NCBI GenBank assembly: GCA_044221725.1
Contig: JBGAON010000002.1
Location: forward strand, 609,616-673,615
DNA from: Elusimicrobiota bacterium
GTDB lineage: Bacteria; Elusimicrobiota; Elusimicrobia; F11
Length of the DNA: 64,000 bases
Direction: 5' to 3'
This document shows positions 31,251 through 41,412 of the stretch, one piece after another; within the stretch, counting starts at the first letter, position 1, and each line of letters opens with the position of its first letter. The position numbers were made by a program, and so were the translations under genes. The notes beneath the pieces were generated by a model. It worked only from the letters and a program-made list of their open reading frames with translations, searched no databases and was not told the origin of the DNA.

Positions 31251-33717
31251 ATCCGCCACACAAATCCCGCTGCTCGAAGCCGACGACGCAGAACTCGAAC
31301 GCATCAGCCGCCAGGGCATGTTGTCGCTCACACTTCAGGAAATGAAAACCATCCAAGCGCACTTCGTCTCACTGGGCCGCCTGCCCACGGACTGTGAACT
31401 TGAAACGCTCGCGCAAACCTGGAGCGAGCACTGCTACCACAAAACGTTTCGGGCGCGCTGCAATTACTTGGAAGAAGTGGTGGATGGCGAAGAACCCCTT
31501 GCTCCGAACGGCTCAAAGCGCTACGAAAATTTGCTTAAAGAAACCATTATGCGCGCGACGCGCGAACTCGGACAACCATGGTGCTTGTCGGTGTTCGAAG
31601 ACAACGCCGGCGTTATCGGGTTTGATGACGAAGACGCCGTTTGTTTTAAAGTTGAAACACACAATCATCCGTCTGCGCTTGAGCCGTACGGCGGCGCAGG
31701 CACCGGCATTGGCGGCGTGATTCGCGATATTTTGGGTTGTGGCCTCGGAGGAAAACCGGTGCTGAACACCGACGTGTTCTGTTTTGGAATGATGGACACG
31801 CCGAACCAAACGCTGCGCGAAGGGATGCTGCATCCGAAACGGATCGCACGCGGAGTTGTAAGCGGCGTGCGCGATTATGGGAACCGCATGGGAATTCCGA
31901 CGTCCAACGGCGCGGTTTATTTCGATCCGGGTTACACAGGAAACCCGCTTGTGTTTTGTGGAACGGTCGGCCTCCTTCCTATCAACGCAATAAAAAAGTC
32001 CGTGCAGCCAGGCGATCTTATCGTGGCCGTCGGGGGCCGCACGGGTCGCGATGGAATCCACGGCGCTACATTTTCATCGGCACCGCTTGAGAAAGGAATT
32101 ACCTCAAGCGTTGTCCAAATCGGACATGCCATCGTTGAGAAAAAGGTGATGGATGTGCAGCTGCAAGCGCGCGCGAAAAATCTTTACCGGTCGGTCACCG
32201 ACTGTGGCGCCGGAGGTTTCTCGTCAGCCGTTGGCGAACTTGGCAAAGAAACCGGCGTGCGGGTCCAACTGGAAAAAGCGCCGCTAAAATATCCGGGCCT
32301 TTCGCCGTGGGAAATTTGGATCTCCGAATCACAGGAACGCATGGTGTTCGCGGTTCCACCGGAAAATTGGAACGCGTTCAGCGCTCTTTTCCGTTCCGAA
32401 GATGTTGAAGCGGTTGTCATCGGTGAATTTACAGCCGACAAAAAACTGACGGTGAATTACGGAAACGAAACCGTGGCCGAGCTGAACATGGAGTTCTTGC
32501 ACGACGGCTGCCCGAAGCTCGAGCTCGAAGCCATCTGGAATTCAAACAAGCACCGCGAAACCTACAGATCCGTCGCCCTGGAAAATCGTAATCCCGGGCC
32601 CACGTCGACCGACGGGAAAGTGGATGCTGGCGTGAAGCAAGCCAGCATGACGATTCCTGAGATTTTGAAATATCTTTTGTCGCATCCCATTATCGCGAGC
32701 AAAGAATCGATCGTGCGGCAATACGATCACGAGGTTCAAGGCGGCAGCATCATCAAACCGTTCACCGGTGTGGCGCATGATGCGCCCACGGACGCGTGTG
32801 TGTTTCGACCGAAGCTGGATACGTGGCGTGGCGTCGCGGTATCGAACGGCTTGAACCCCGAGATGGGAAAATGGGATCCGTACGTGATGGCGAAAGTGGC
32901 CGTCGACGAAGCGTATCGAAATCTGGTCGCCGTCGGCGGGGGGCTTCGCTACGCAGCGATTCTCGACAATTTCTGCTGGGGCGATGCAAAGAATACCTAC
33001 GACCTTGGTGGACTCGTTCGTGCATCCGAAGGCGCGCGGGAAGCCGCTATGGCGTATCAACTTCCATTCATTTCCGGCAAAGACAGCTTCCACAACACGT
33101 GGCGCTCGGCCGATGGCCAACTTCATTCCATTCCGCCAACGCTGCTGATCTCCGCCATTGGCATCATCGATGACGTTCGCGGTTGCGTAACCTCCGGACT
33201 CAAGGGAGCCGAGAATTTGTTGTATCTCATCGGCGAAACGCGAGGGGAACTTCAGGGCTCGCTCATCTATTATTTATTGGGCAATGCCGTCGAGAAAAGC
33301 GGCCAAAAACTTCCAAACGTGCAGTTTGGCGACGCCAAGAGTCTTTACAAGAAACTTCAATCGGCGATGAAACACAAGCTTGTATTGTCGTGCCACGATT
33401 TGTCCGAAGGCGGTCTCGCGGTGGCCGCCGCCGAGATGGCGTTCGGCGGAGACGTCGGCGTCGAACTTTCGCCGACGCTGAGAAACGCGGATTTGACCAC
33501 CATGCTTTTTTCAGAAACCCCGTCGCGTTTTTTGGTGGAAGTATCACCGGAGCATCGCACCGCGTTTGAACAAACGATGGGCGCGCTTTTGGTTGAAGCG
33601 GTCGGCAAGACGACAAAGAAGCCGGCCTTCGTTGTTGTTAAAGAAGGCCAGTCCGTCTTCCAACAGCCCGTAAAAGCGCTGAAAGAAATGTGGCAGCAGC
33701 CGTTAAAAGGTTTTTAA
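31225..33717 (+). CDS. purL: Phosphoribosylformylglycinamidine synthase subunit PurL
   Basis: AQTWSEHCYHK, KVETHNHPSALEPYGGA, DCGAGG, SESQERM, ISGKDS and HDLSEGG motifs. Confidence 0.96.
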   Translation: MTSTSEKTRSATQIPLLEADDAELERISRQGMLSLTLQEMKTIQAHFVSLGRLPTDCELETLAQTWSEHCYHKTFRARCNYLEEVVDGEEPLAPNGSKRYENLLKETIMRATRELGQPWCLSVFEDNAGVIGFDDEDAVCFKVETHNHPSALEPYGGAGTGIGGVIRDILGCGLGGKPVLNTDVFCFGMMDTPNQTLREGMLHPKRIARGVVSGVRDYGNRMGIPTSNGAVYFDPGYTGNPLVFCGTVGLLPINAIKKSVQPGDLIVAVGGRTGRDGIHGATFSSAPLEKGITSSVVQIGHAIVEKKVMDVQLQARAKNLYRSVTDCGAGGFSSAVGELGKETGVRVQLEKAPLKYPGLSPWEIWISESQERMVFAVPPENWNAFSALFRSEDVEAVVIGEFTADKKLTVNYGNETVAELNMEFLHDGCPKLELEAIWNSNKHRETYRSVALENRNPGPTSTDGKVDAGVKQASMTIPEILKYLLSHPIIASKESIVRQYDHEVQGGSIIKPFTGVAHDAPTDACVFRPKLDTWRGVAVSNGLNPEMGKWDPYVMAKVAVDEAYRNLVAVGGGLRYAAILDNFCWGDAKNTYDLGGLVRASEGAREAAMAYQLPFISGKDSFHNTWRSADGQLHSIPPTLLISAIGIIDDVRGCVTSGLKGAENLLYLIGETRGELQGSLIYYLLGNAVEKSGQKLPNVQFGDAKSLYKKLQSAMKHKLVLSCHDLSEGGLAVAAAEMAFGGDVGVELSPTLRNADLTTMLFSETPSRFLVEVSPEHRTAFEQTMGALLVEAVGKTTKKPAFVVVKEGQSVFQQPVKALKEMWQQPLKGF
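32571..32652. repeat. Palindromic element family A, in-frame inside purL
   Basis: cgtcgccctggaaaatcg..cccgggccca..tggatgctggcgtgaagcaagccagcatgacg, translated as VALENRNPGPTSTDGKVDAGVKQASMT. Confidence 0.75.
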
Positions 33718-33719
33718 CC

Positions 33720-34517
33720 ATGAGCACGAAAGCACCGTTATCCACAAAGCTAAAACCGAAAGCACTGATCATCCGCGCGGCCGGTACAAATTGCGACCGC
33801 GAAACGATTCACGCGCTCACGCTCGCCGGCGCGGATTCCCAACTCGCACACATCAATCAATTGCTGAGCGGACAACTGCGCCTGCATCCGTTTCACATGA
33901 TTGTGTTCCCAGGTGGTTTCTCGTACGGGGATGATATTTCCGCTGGAAAAGTTCTCGCGAACGAGTTGCGCCTCAAACTGCGCGATCAACTCGTGCGGTT
34001 TGTGGAATCCAAAAAGCCGGTGATTGGCGTGTGCAACGGATTCCAGATTCTCGTAAAGACAGGGCTTCTGCCAGGCTTCGACGCCCTCGACGAAAAACAA
34101 TCGGCCACGCTCACGCTCAACGACTCGGCGCGCTTTCAATGCCAGTGGTCCGGACTTAAAACCGATAAGTCCGCGGCCAAATGGTTGGACGGCATGCCGA
34201 CCACGTTCGAATTGCCGATCGCGCACGGCGAAGGAAAATTTTTAACGCTCACACCAAAGGTGTTAGCGATATTGAAGAAAAACAAACAAATCGTATTTCG
34301 CTACGCAAAAAATCCGAACGGTTCGCAGGCCGACATTGCCGGACTCTGCAACAAGATGGGCAATGTCGTGGGTCTCATGCCGCATCCGGAACGGTTTGTT
34401 TCGCGCTATCAACATCCGAACTGGACGGGACGCGTGTCACCGAATGGCACCGAGTGGGGAGACGGGTATTGGTTCTGGGAGAAAGCCGTAAACTATGCGA
34501 AACAGTTTGTTAACTAA
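33720..34517 (+). CDS. purQ: FGAM synthase glutaminase subunit PurQ
   Basis: AGTNCD, PGGFSYGD, GVCNGFQIL, IAHGEG and GLMPHPER motifs. Confidence 0.96.
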   Translation: MSTKAPLSTKLKPKALIIRAAGTNCDRETIHALTLAGADSQLAHINQLLSGQLRLHPFHMIVFPGGFSYGDDISAGKVLANELRLKLRDQLVRFVESKKPVIGVCNGFQILVKTGLLPGFDALDEKQSATLTLNDSARFQCQWSGLKTDKSAAKWLDGMPTTFELPIAHGEGKFLTLTPKVLAILKKNKQIVFRYAKNPNGSQADIAGLCNKMGNVVGLMPHPERFVSRYQHPNWTGRVSPNGTEWGDGYWFWEKAVNYAKQFVN

Positions 34518-34557
34518 TTCATCACCCTGGAATGTCACGCGGCGCGATGACGACGCG

Positions 34558-35946
34558 ATGCACGAGGAGTGCGGAATCTCTGCCGTGTATGGAAATCCGG
34601 ATGCAAGCCGACTCGTTTATTTGTCGCTGTACGCATTGCAGCACCGCGGACAAGAAGCGGCCGGTATTGTTACTTACAACGGCGTTGGCATGCACACGAA
34701 ACTTGGCATGGGCCTGGTTGCGGATGTTTTCGATAAACCATCGCTCGAAGAATTGACCGGCAGCCATGCCATTGGCCACGTACGTTACTCAACGGCCGGC
34801 GACTCATCGGTTCGCAATTGCCAACCAATCTCCGTCAACACCGGCAATGGAAAAATTGCCGTAGCGCACAACGGCAACCTCACGAACGCGATTGAATTGC
34901 GCAAGAAGCTTGAAGAGCAAGGCGCCATTTTCCAAACGAACTCCGATACCGAAGTGGTGCTGCACCTGTTCGCGAAATCAAAAGAAACCGGTTTTGTTCG
35001 ACCGTTGCTGGATGCGCTGCGAAAACTTCGCGGTGCTTATTGTTTTGTTTTCATAACGAAGAAAGGAATTCTCGCCGCACGGGATCCGTACGGCGTCCGC
35101 CCGTTGTGCTTGGGAAAAATTGGGCGCACCTGGACCGTGGCCTCGGAAACCAGCGCGTTCGATTTGATCGGCGCAACCTACGTGCGGGACATTGAGCCCG
35201 GCGAATTGGTGGACATTACGGCCAAAGGCGTCACATCGCATGTGATTGAGAAACCACGAAACAAAGCGATGTGCGTGTTTGAATATGTTTATTTCTCGCG
35301 ACCCGACAGCAAGGTCTTCGGCAAAAGTGTTTACGACGTGCGCCGTGAGATGGGGCGCCAGCTCGCGCGCGAAGCGCCGGCTCCGAAAGACACCGATATG
35401 GTCATTCCCATTCCGGACTCCGCGTCCGTTGCGGCCATGGGTTACGCTGAAGAGTCCGGCATTCGCTACGACATGGGCCTGATCCGCAGCCATTATATCG
35501 GCCGCACGTTCATTGAACCGAAACAGTCGATTCGCGATTTCGGAGCGAAGATAAAGTACAATGCCGTCGCTGAAGCGCTCGTCGGAAAAAAGATTGTGTT
35601 GGTCGACGACTCGATCGTTCGTGGCACCACCAGTCGCAAGTTGGTTCGCATGCTGCGACGCGTCGGAGTCAAAGAGGTCCACATGAGAATCAGTTCGCCT
35701 CCCATTATCAGCCCCTGCTTTTATGGCATCGACACGCCCACCACAAAAGAGTTGATCGCGTCGAAACTTTCGATCGAAAAAGTACGCGCTTATCTTGGCG
35801 TTAACTCTCTTGCCTATCTCACCGAAACCGGCATGTTGAACGCCACCAAAATGAACAACAAAGATTTCTGCACCGCCTGCTTCACCGGAAAATATCCGAT
35901 CGCGCTTGAGAAAGGCGTGCAATCCAATAACACGGTGCCATGTTAA
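34558..35946 (+). CDS. purF: Amidophosphoribosyltransferase (Fe-S type)
   Basis: Propeptide MHEE then catalytic CG; LQHRGQE, GHVRYST, VDDSIVRGTTS, PCFYGID and CTACF motifs. Start could be further upstream (34495). Confidence 0.96.
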   Translation: MHEECGISAVYGNPDASRLVYLSLYALQHRGQEAAGIVTYNGVGMHTKLGMGLVADVFDKPSLEELTGSHAIGHVRYSTAGDSSVRNCQPISVNTGNGKIAVAHNGNLTNAIELRKKLEEQGAIFQTNSDTEVVLHLFAKSKETGFVRPLLDALRKLRGAYCFVFITKKGILAARDPYGVRPLCLGKIGRTWTVASETSAFDLIGATYVRDIEPGELVDITAKGVTSHVIEKPRNKAMCVFEYVYFSRPDSKVFGKSVYDVRREMGRQLAREAPAPKDTDMVIPIPDSASVAAMGYAEESGIRYDMGLIRSHYIGRTFIEPKQSIRDFGAKIKYNAVAEALVGKKIVLVDDSIVRGTTSRKLVRMLRRVGVKEVHMRISSPPIISPCFYGIDTPTTKELIASKLSIEKVRAYLGVNSLAYLTETGMLNATKMNNKDFCTACFTGKYPIALEKGVQSNNTVPC

Positions 35947-36018
35947 CGTCGCTCTGGAATGTCTCTATCCAGAGTCCAAGTTTAAATGAATCCCGGCTAA
36001 CGACATGCCGGGATGACG
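35947..36018. repeat. Palindromic element family A copy
   Basis: cgtcgctctggaatgtctctatccagagtccaagtttaaatgaatcccggctaacgacatgccgggatgacg. Confidence 0.85.
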
Positions 36019-36026
36019 ACTGAGTT

Positions 36027-37373
36027 ATGTCCTTGGATTCCGTTTTGGTTATCGGAAGCGGCGGTCGCGAGCACGCGATTGCGCGCTCGCTTAAAGTGAG
36101 TTCGCGTGTTGGAAAGGTTTTTTGTGCTCCCGGAAACGCTGGCATGGCGCTGCTTGGAGAGCAAGTGAATCTCGATGTGACGAACACGAACGCGGTGATA
36201 TCGTTCGTCGAACAGAACTCCATTAAGCTGACCGTGATTGGTCCCGAAGCGCCGCTTGTGGCCGGGCTTTCCGATGCGCTCCGCGCAAAGAAACATTTGG
36301 TCGTCGGCGCCAGCCAAAAAGCCGCGCAACTCGAAGGCAGCAAAATCTTTGCGAAAGAATTCATGGCGAAGTTCAGCATTCCGACCGCCGATTACCGAAT
36401 TTTCACCAATGCGTCCGAAGCAAAAGCGTTTGCGCAGTCGCCGCAGGGAAAAAAGTTTCGCGTCCTCAAAGCCGACGGTTTGGCCGCGGGCAAAGGTGTC
36501 GTGGTTGCGCAGTCATCCGAAGAACTGATCGCGGCGATTTCGGAGATCATGGAGAAAAAACGGTTCGGCTCGGCCGGCGATAAGATTCTTCTTGAAGAGA
36601 CATTGCGGGGTCCGGAAGTGAGCCTCATGGCGCTCACGGATGGAAAAACCGTCCTACCGTTTCCCGCTTCCCAGGATCATAAACGGGTTTACGATAACGA
36701 CCGCGGCCCAAACACCGGTGGCATGGGCGCGTACGCACCAACGGCGTTTTACGACGATGCGACGCGCGTTATTGTGGACAAAAATATCGTTCAGAATTTT
36801 TTGCGCGGACTCGAAGTCGAAGGATTGGATTTCCGCGGAATTATTTATTTCGGTCTCATGCTCACGAAACAGGGACCGAAGGTTCTTGAATTTAATGTGC
36901 GGCTTGGCGACCCGGAAGCCGAAGCCATCTTGCCGCTCATCAAATCCGACATGTACGAAGCGTTCATGGCGGTTGCGAATGGCACGCTTGCCAACGTGCG
37001 GCTCGAACAGAAGAACGGCTTCGCGTGCACGGTCGTGATGGCATCGGGCGGATATCCAAACGCATTCGATACGGGATTCCCAATTAAAGGACTTGAAAAC
37101 GTCGAGAAAGACAATTCTGTTTTCGTTTTTCACGCGGGAACGAAAAAAGACGGCGCCGACGTGGTCACCGCCGGAGGCCGTGTGCTTACCGTCACCGGCG
37201 TCGGAAAAACGGTCGATATGGCCGTCGTCCGAGCCTATCAGGGCGTCAAAAAGATTACCTTCAAGAACAGCCACTTCCGAAACGACATCGCCGGAAAAGT
37301 ACTCAAGAATCGCGCGATTACCTCACGCATCAAGCGCATGAAGGCACGGCACAAAAAAGCCGTCGCGGCCTGA
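36027..37373 (+). CDS. purD: Phosphoribosylamine--glycine ligase
   Basis: [41 protein letters not shown] and [10 protein letters not shown] motifs. Confidence 0.97.
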   Translation: MSLDSVLVIGSGGREHAIARSLKVSSRVGKVFCAPGNAGMALLGEQVNLDVTNTNAVISFVEQNSIKLTVIGPEAPLVAGLSDALRAKKHLVVGASQKAAQLEGSKIFAKEFMAKFSIPTADYRIFTNASEAKAFAQSPQGKKFRVLKADGLAAGKGVVVAQSSEELIAAISEIMEKKRFGSAGDKILLEETLRGPEVSLMALTDGKTVLPFPASQDHKRVYDNDRGPNTGGMGAYAPTAFYDDATRVIVDKNIVQNFLRGLEVEGLDFRGIIYFGLMLTKQGPKVLEFNVRLGDPEAEAILPLIKSDMYEAFMAVANGTLANVRLEQKNGFACTVVMASGGYPNAFDTGFPIKGLENVEKDNSVFVFHAGTKKDGADVVTAGGRVLTVTGVGKTVDMAVVRAYQGVKKITFKNSHFRNDIAGKVLKNRAITSRIKRMKARHKKAVAA

Positions 37374-37948
37374 TGCCCATGACGAAAAGCACGAAAACGC
37401 CGCTGCGCATCCGCGAAACAATTCCTGCCACAAAGATTCAGGACGCCATCAAGTCGATGGCGCATTACGTCAGCGAAAAAATTGCGAATCGAAATGAAGA
37501 AGTCGCGCTCGTCGGCGTTCAAACGCGTGGCGTTGTGATTGCGAACCGCGTCGCCGAGATTTTAAGGCAAGAAAAAAATATCGAAGTCTCGGTTGGCGCC
37601 ATCGACATCACGTTGTATCGCGATGACGTCGCGACATCCGGTATCCAATCCATTGTCGGAGAAACACACTTGGACTTCGGCGTTGATGACAAAAAGATCT
37701 TTTTGATTGATGACGTTCTGTTCACGGGCCGAACCGTGCGCGCGGCGCTTGATGAGTTGATGGATTTCGGTCGGCCAAAATCTGTTTCGCTGATTGTGCT
37801 CGTCGATCGTGGCCACCGCGAACTGCCGATCGAAACCGAATTCGCGCCCATAAAGATGGCGACAAAAAAGTCGGAAGCGGTCAACATTTTGTTGAATGAG
37901 ACGGACGGAAAGGAAGAGATTGTGGTGGGGGAACCAATCAACCAATGA
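37373..37948 (+). CDS. pyrR: PyrR bifunctional regulator / uracil phosphoribosyltransferase
   Basis: DITLYRDD, IDDVLFTGRTVRAALD and LVDRGHRELPI motifs. Confidence 0.94.
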   Translation: MPMTKSTKTPLRIRETIPATKIQDAIKSMAHYVSEKIANRNEEVALVGVQTRGVVIANRVAEILRQEKNIEVSVGAIDITLYRDDVATSGIQSIVGETHLDFGVDDKKIFLIDDVLFTGRTVRAALDELMDFGRPKSVSLIVLVDRGHRELPIETEFAPIKMATKKSEAVNILLNETDGKEEIVVGEPINQ

Positions 37949-38976
37949 AACAAGCGCCCGATCGATTGAAAGATCTGCTCGGACTTGAATACTTGAACCG
38001 GCTTCAGATCGAGCAAATTCTCGATCAAACGAAGCCGATGAAACAGCTTTTTACCCGGTCCGTAAAAAAAGCGCCGGCGCTCCGCGGTCACACGGTCGCG
38101 CTCGTGTTTTTCGAACCGTCGACGCGCACGCGCAGCTCGTTCGAACTTGCAGCAAAACGTCTTTCCGCCGACACGCTGAACATCGCAGCCTCCACAAGCT
38201 CGGTTCAAAAAGGCGAATCTCTTCTCGACACCGCGAAAACACTGGAAGCAATGAAAGCCGACTTTCTCGTGCTGCGGCATTCCGCGTCCGGCGCGCCGCA
38301 CCTTATCGCGCGCGAAATAAAGTCCAAAGTCATCAACGCCGGTGACGGATCCCACGAACATCCCACGCAAGGTCTGCTCGACATCTTCACAATTCTCGAG
38401 AAGAAGAAACGTATCGAAGGGCTCAAGGTTGCGATCTTGGGAGACGTGGCGCATTCGCGCGTGGCGCGCTCGAATCTGTGGGCGCTCACGAAGCTCGGCG
38501 CGCAGGTGACCGTGTGCGGTCCCGAGACGCTCATTCCATCGGGCCTGCGCGATATTTTTGGACCGAACGTAACGACAACGAGCCACATTGATGAAGCACT
38601 TAAGGATGCCGATGTAATCAACGTACTCCGACTTCAAATGGAGCGGCAGAAAGAAAATCTACTTCCGTCGATTCGCGAGTACGCGGAGCTATTTGGGCTG
38701 AATCTTTCCCGACTGAGAATGGCCAAGCGCGATTGCATCGTGCTTCATCCGGGCCCAATGAACCGCGGTATTGAGATCACCTCGGAAGTAGCCGACTCTC
38801 ATCAGAGCGTTATTCTCGATCAGGTGACAAACGGAATCGCTGTGCGAATGTCGGTGCTCTATTGGCTGACGGGAAACCCTATTGTACAGCACGTCGTTCC
38901 CGCGCAGGCGGGAACCCAAACGTCTGAAGTGTCTGGGCCCCCGCCTGCGCGGGGGCGACATCCGGAAAAAGAATGA
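37945..38976 (+). CDS. pyrB: Aspartate carbamoyltransferase catalytic subunit; C-terminal extension derived from a repeat
   Basis: FFEPSTRTRSSFE, KGESLLDT, NAGDGSHEHPTQGLLD and HPGPMNRG motifs. Confidence 0.97.
   Translation: MKQAPDRLKDLLGLEYLNRLQIEQILDQTKPMKQLFTRSVKKAPALRGHTVALVFFEPSTRTRSSFELAAKRLSADTLNIAASTSSVQKGESLLDTAKTLEAMKADFLVLRHSASGAPHLIAREIKSKVINAGDGSHEHPTQGLLDIFTILEKKKRIEGLKVAILGDVAHSRVARSNLWALTKLGAQVTVCGPETLIPSGLRDIFGPNVTTTSHIDEALKDADVINVLRLQMERQKENLLPSIREYAELFGLNLSRLRMAKRDCIVLHPGPMNRGIEITSEVADSHQSVILDQVTNGIAVRMSVLYWLTGNPIVQHVVPAQAGTQTSEVSGPPPARGRHPEKE
38893..38959. repeat. REP-like doublet (family C) inside the pyrB 3' end
   Basis: gtcgttcccgcgcaggcgggaaccca-N15-tgggcccccgcctgcgcgggggcgac; translated VVPAQAGTQ...GPPPARGR. 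Confidence 0.8.
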
Positions 38977-40316
38977 CCTCTCTTAATACTCTCATGAAAC
39001 CACACATTGGAAAACTGCTGATCAAAGGCGGGCGCGTGATTGATCCGCGCGAGAACGTCGACAAAGTCACAAACATTCTGATTGAGAACGGACGCGTGCA
39101 CGCGGTGGGCGACCATTTGAACACGCCGGCGTCGACACCAACGATTGACGCGCAAGGAAAAGTCGTGGCACCGGGACTCGTCGATGTGCACGTTCACTTG
39201 CGCGAACCGGGCGGTGAAGCAAAAGAAACGATTGCCACGGGCACCCGCGCGGCCGCCGCCGGCGGCGTAACAAGCGTGGTGTCGATGCCAAACACGACAC
39301 CGCCCATGGACAACGTGAGCGACATTCAATTTGTGGTCGGTCGTGCTGCGCAAGAAGGTTCGGCGCATGTGTATCCGACTGGAACGATCAGCAAGGGGCG
39401 CGAAGGTCAAGAAATGTCTGAGATCGGCGCGATGGTTCGCGTCGGTTGCGTGGCGATCACCGACGATGGAAACGGTGTGATGAACGCGCAGTTGCTGCGC
39501 CGCGCGCTCGAATACACGAAAACTTTCAATATTCCCGTGATGGATCACTGCGAAGATCATCAACTCGCTGCCGGGGGCGTCATGAACGAAGGACCGCTCG
39601 CAACGCGATTGGGGCTTAAAGGAATTCCGCGGCAAGCCGAATATGTAATGGCGAGCCGCGATATCGCTCTCGCCGAACTCACCGGCGGCAAACTTCATCT
39701 TACGCACGTGTCTGTTAAAGAAACCGTTGAAGCGTTGCGGCGCGCGAAAGAAAAAGGGCTCAAGGTTACAGCGGACGTCACGCCGCATCATTTGGTTTTG
39801 ACCGAAGATGCGGTGGCCGAATACATGGCGAACGCCAAAGTGAACCCGCCGCTGCGCACGATGGAGGATGTCAAAGCGTTGCGACAGGCGCTTAAAGAAG
39901 GCGTGATCGATTGCATCGCAACCGATCACGCACCGCACACGCAAGCGGAAAAGGCGCAGGAATTTAACAACGCGCCATTCGGACTCATCGGACTCGAAAC
40001 CGCTTTGCCGCTCGTTATCACGGAGCTCGTGAAGACCGGGACGCTCTCGCTGTACGACGTCATCGCGCGCATGTCCGATGCGCCCGCCCGAATTTTTAAT
40101 TTGCCGGCCGGCACGCTCGCGCCCGGCGCGATGGCCGACATTGTTATTTTTGATCCGGACGCCAAACAAACGTTCACGCACTTTGTGAGCCGCAGCCAAA
40201 ATTCTCCTTTCCTCGGTTGGCAATTGCATGGCGTCGTGGAGCGAACGCTCGTCGGCGGTCAAACGGTTTTCGAAAGGAGCGCCAGCTCTGCCAAACCCCA
40301 TCCAAGCCCTCTATAA
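38973..40316 (+). CDS. pyrC: Dihydroorotase (type I)
   Basis: DVHVHLREPG, AAAAGG, MPNT, KVNPPLR and ATDHAPH motifs. Confidence 0.95.
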   Translation: MTSLNTLMKPHIGKLLIKGGRVIDPRENVDKVTNILIENGRVHAVGDHLNTPASTPTIDAQGKVVAPGLVDVHVHLREPGGEAKETIATGTRAAAAGGVTSVVSMPNTTPPMDNVSDIQFVVGRAAQEGSAHVYPTGTISKGREGQEMSEIGAMVRVGCVAITDDGNGVMNAQLLRRALEYTKTFNIPVMDHCEDHQLAAGGVMNEGPLATRLGLKGIPRQAEYVMASRDIALAELTGGKLHLTHVSVKETVEALRRAKEKGLKVTADVTPHHLVLTEDAVAEYMANAKVNPPLRTMEDVKALRQALKEGVIDCIATDHAPHTQAEKAQEFNNAPFGLIGLETALPLVITELVKTGTLSLYDVIARMSDAPARIFNLPAGTLAPGAMADIVIFDPDAKQTFTHFVSRSQNSPFLGWQLHGVVERTLVGGQTVFERSASSAKPHPSPL

Positions 40317-41412
40317 AACGCTCGCGCAGAATTTCCTTTTTGGCATGGACGCGGAGACCGCGCACAACCTTGCCATCAAGTCGCTGGGCACAATGCACAA
40401 GCTGCCGTTCTTGCTCGACGTCGCGGCCGAACCGTTTTTCAAGGTCGAAGATCCGCGGCTCAACGTGGACATCCGCTCGTTGAGTGTTGCAAACCCGGTG
40501 GGCCTCGCCGCCGGCTTCGATAAAAATGCAGAGTTATTGGATGTGTTACCGCACTTCGGTTTCGGTTTTTTAGAGGTGGGAACCTTTACGCCGCTTCGCC
40601 AAGAGGGACAAAAGCGGCCGCGACTATTTCGTTTTAAAAAAGACCAAGCGCTTCTAAACCGAATGGGGTTTAACAACCCGGGCGTGAAGGTGGCGGCGGA
40701 ACGCCTCAAAAGCAATCTCGATAACAAAGAACGTATTCCTGTCGGAGCAAACATCGGAAAGGGCCGCGACACGATCATCGAGGAAGCGATCGAAGACTAT
40801 ATAACCGGTCTCGATCACGTGCACCCGGTGGCCGATTACATTGTGCTGAACGTCAGCTCGCCCAACACGCCGAACCTGCGTGCGTTGCAAAAGGTGGATT
40901 ACCTGGCAAAAATTTTGAAAACGGTGGCCGAGCGAAATCGCGCGCTCGCCGAGAAAAGCGGCGAGCCTCCAAAATTGGTATTCACGAAAGTATCTCCCGA
41001 TTGTTCGGAAGAAGAACTCGAGGAAATCGCTCGTCTGTCGGTGATTTTAAACACGGGCCTCATCGCAACGAATACGACAATTGATTACACGCGACTCGAG
41101 CACACGCGCAACACAACAACGCAATTGTCTGGTGGTATCAGCGGCAAACCGCTTCGGGCTCGCGCAAACCAAGTGCTAAAGAAACTGCGCATCGCAACAA
41201 AGGGCGTGGTCCCCATTATTGGGGTGGGCGGAATTTTTAGTGCCGAAGATGCGTACGAGAAAATTCAACTCGGCGCTTCGTTGATTCAAATTTACACAGG
41301 ATGGGTGTACCAGGGGCCATCGTTGGTACCGAACATCAACAAGGGACTTCTAAAACTCATGGAAAGAGACGGATTTAAAAATATTCAAGAGGCGGTCGGT
41401 ACGCTCGCATGA
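40288..41412 (+). CDS. pyrD: Quinone-dependent dihydroorotate dehydrogenase (class 2); start uncertain
   Basis: DAETAH, GLAAGFDKN, NRMGFNNPG, NVSSPNTPNLR, ATNTT and GGISG motifs. Start tentatively the CTG at 40288 after AAAGGAG; the ORF track starts at 40228. Confidence 0.93.
   Translation: MPNPIQALYKTLAQNFLFGMDAETAHNLAIKSLGTMHKLPFLLDVAAEPFFKVEDPRLNVDIRSLSVANPVGLAAGFDKNAELLDVLPHFGFGFLEVGTFTPLRQEGQKRPRLFRFKKDQALLNRMGFNNPGVKVAAERLKSNLDNKERIPVGANIGKGRDTIIEEAIEDYITGLDHVHPVADYIVLNVSSPNTPNLRALQKVDYLAKILKTVAERNRALAEKSGEPPKLVFTKVSPDCSEEELEEIARLSVILNTGLIATNTTIDYTRLEHTRNTTTQLSGGISGKPLRARANQVLKKLRIATKGVVPIIGVGGIFSAEDAYEKIQLGASLIQIYTGWVYQGPSLVPNINKGLLKLMERDGFKNIQEAVGTLA

Noticed and set aside
37300..37950. 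PyrR-binding attenuator for the pyr block
   Set aside because: pyrR overlaps purD and pyrB with no leader space, and I found no ARUCCNGNGAGGY-like loop there by eye.
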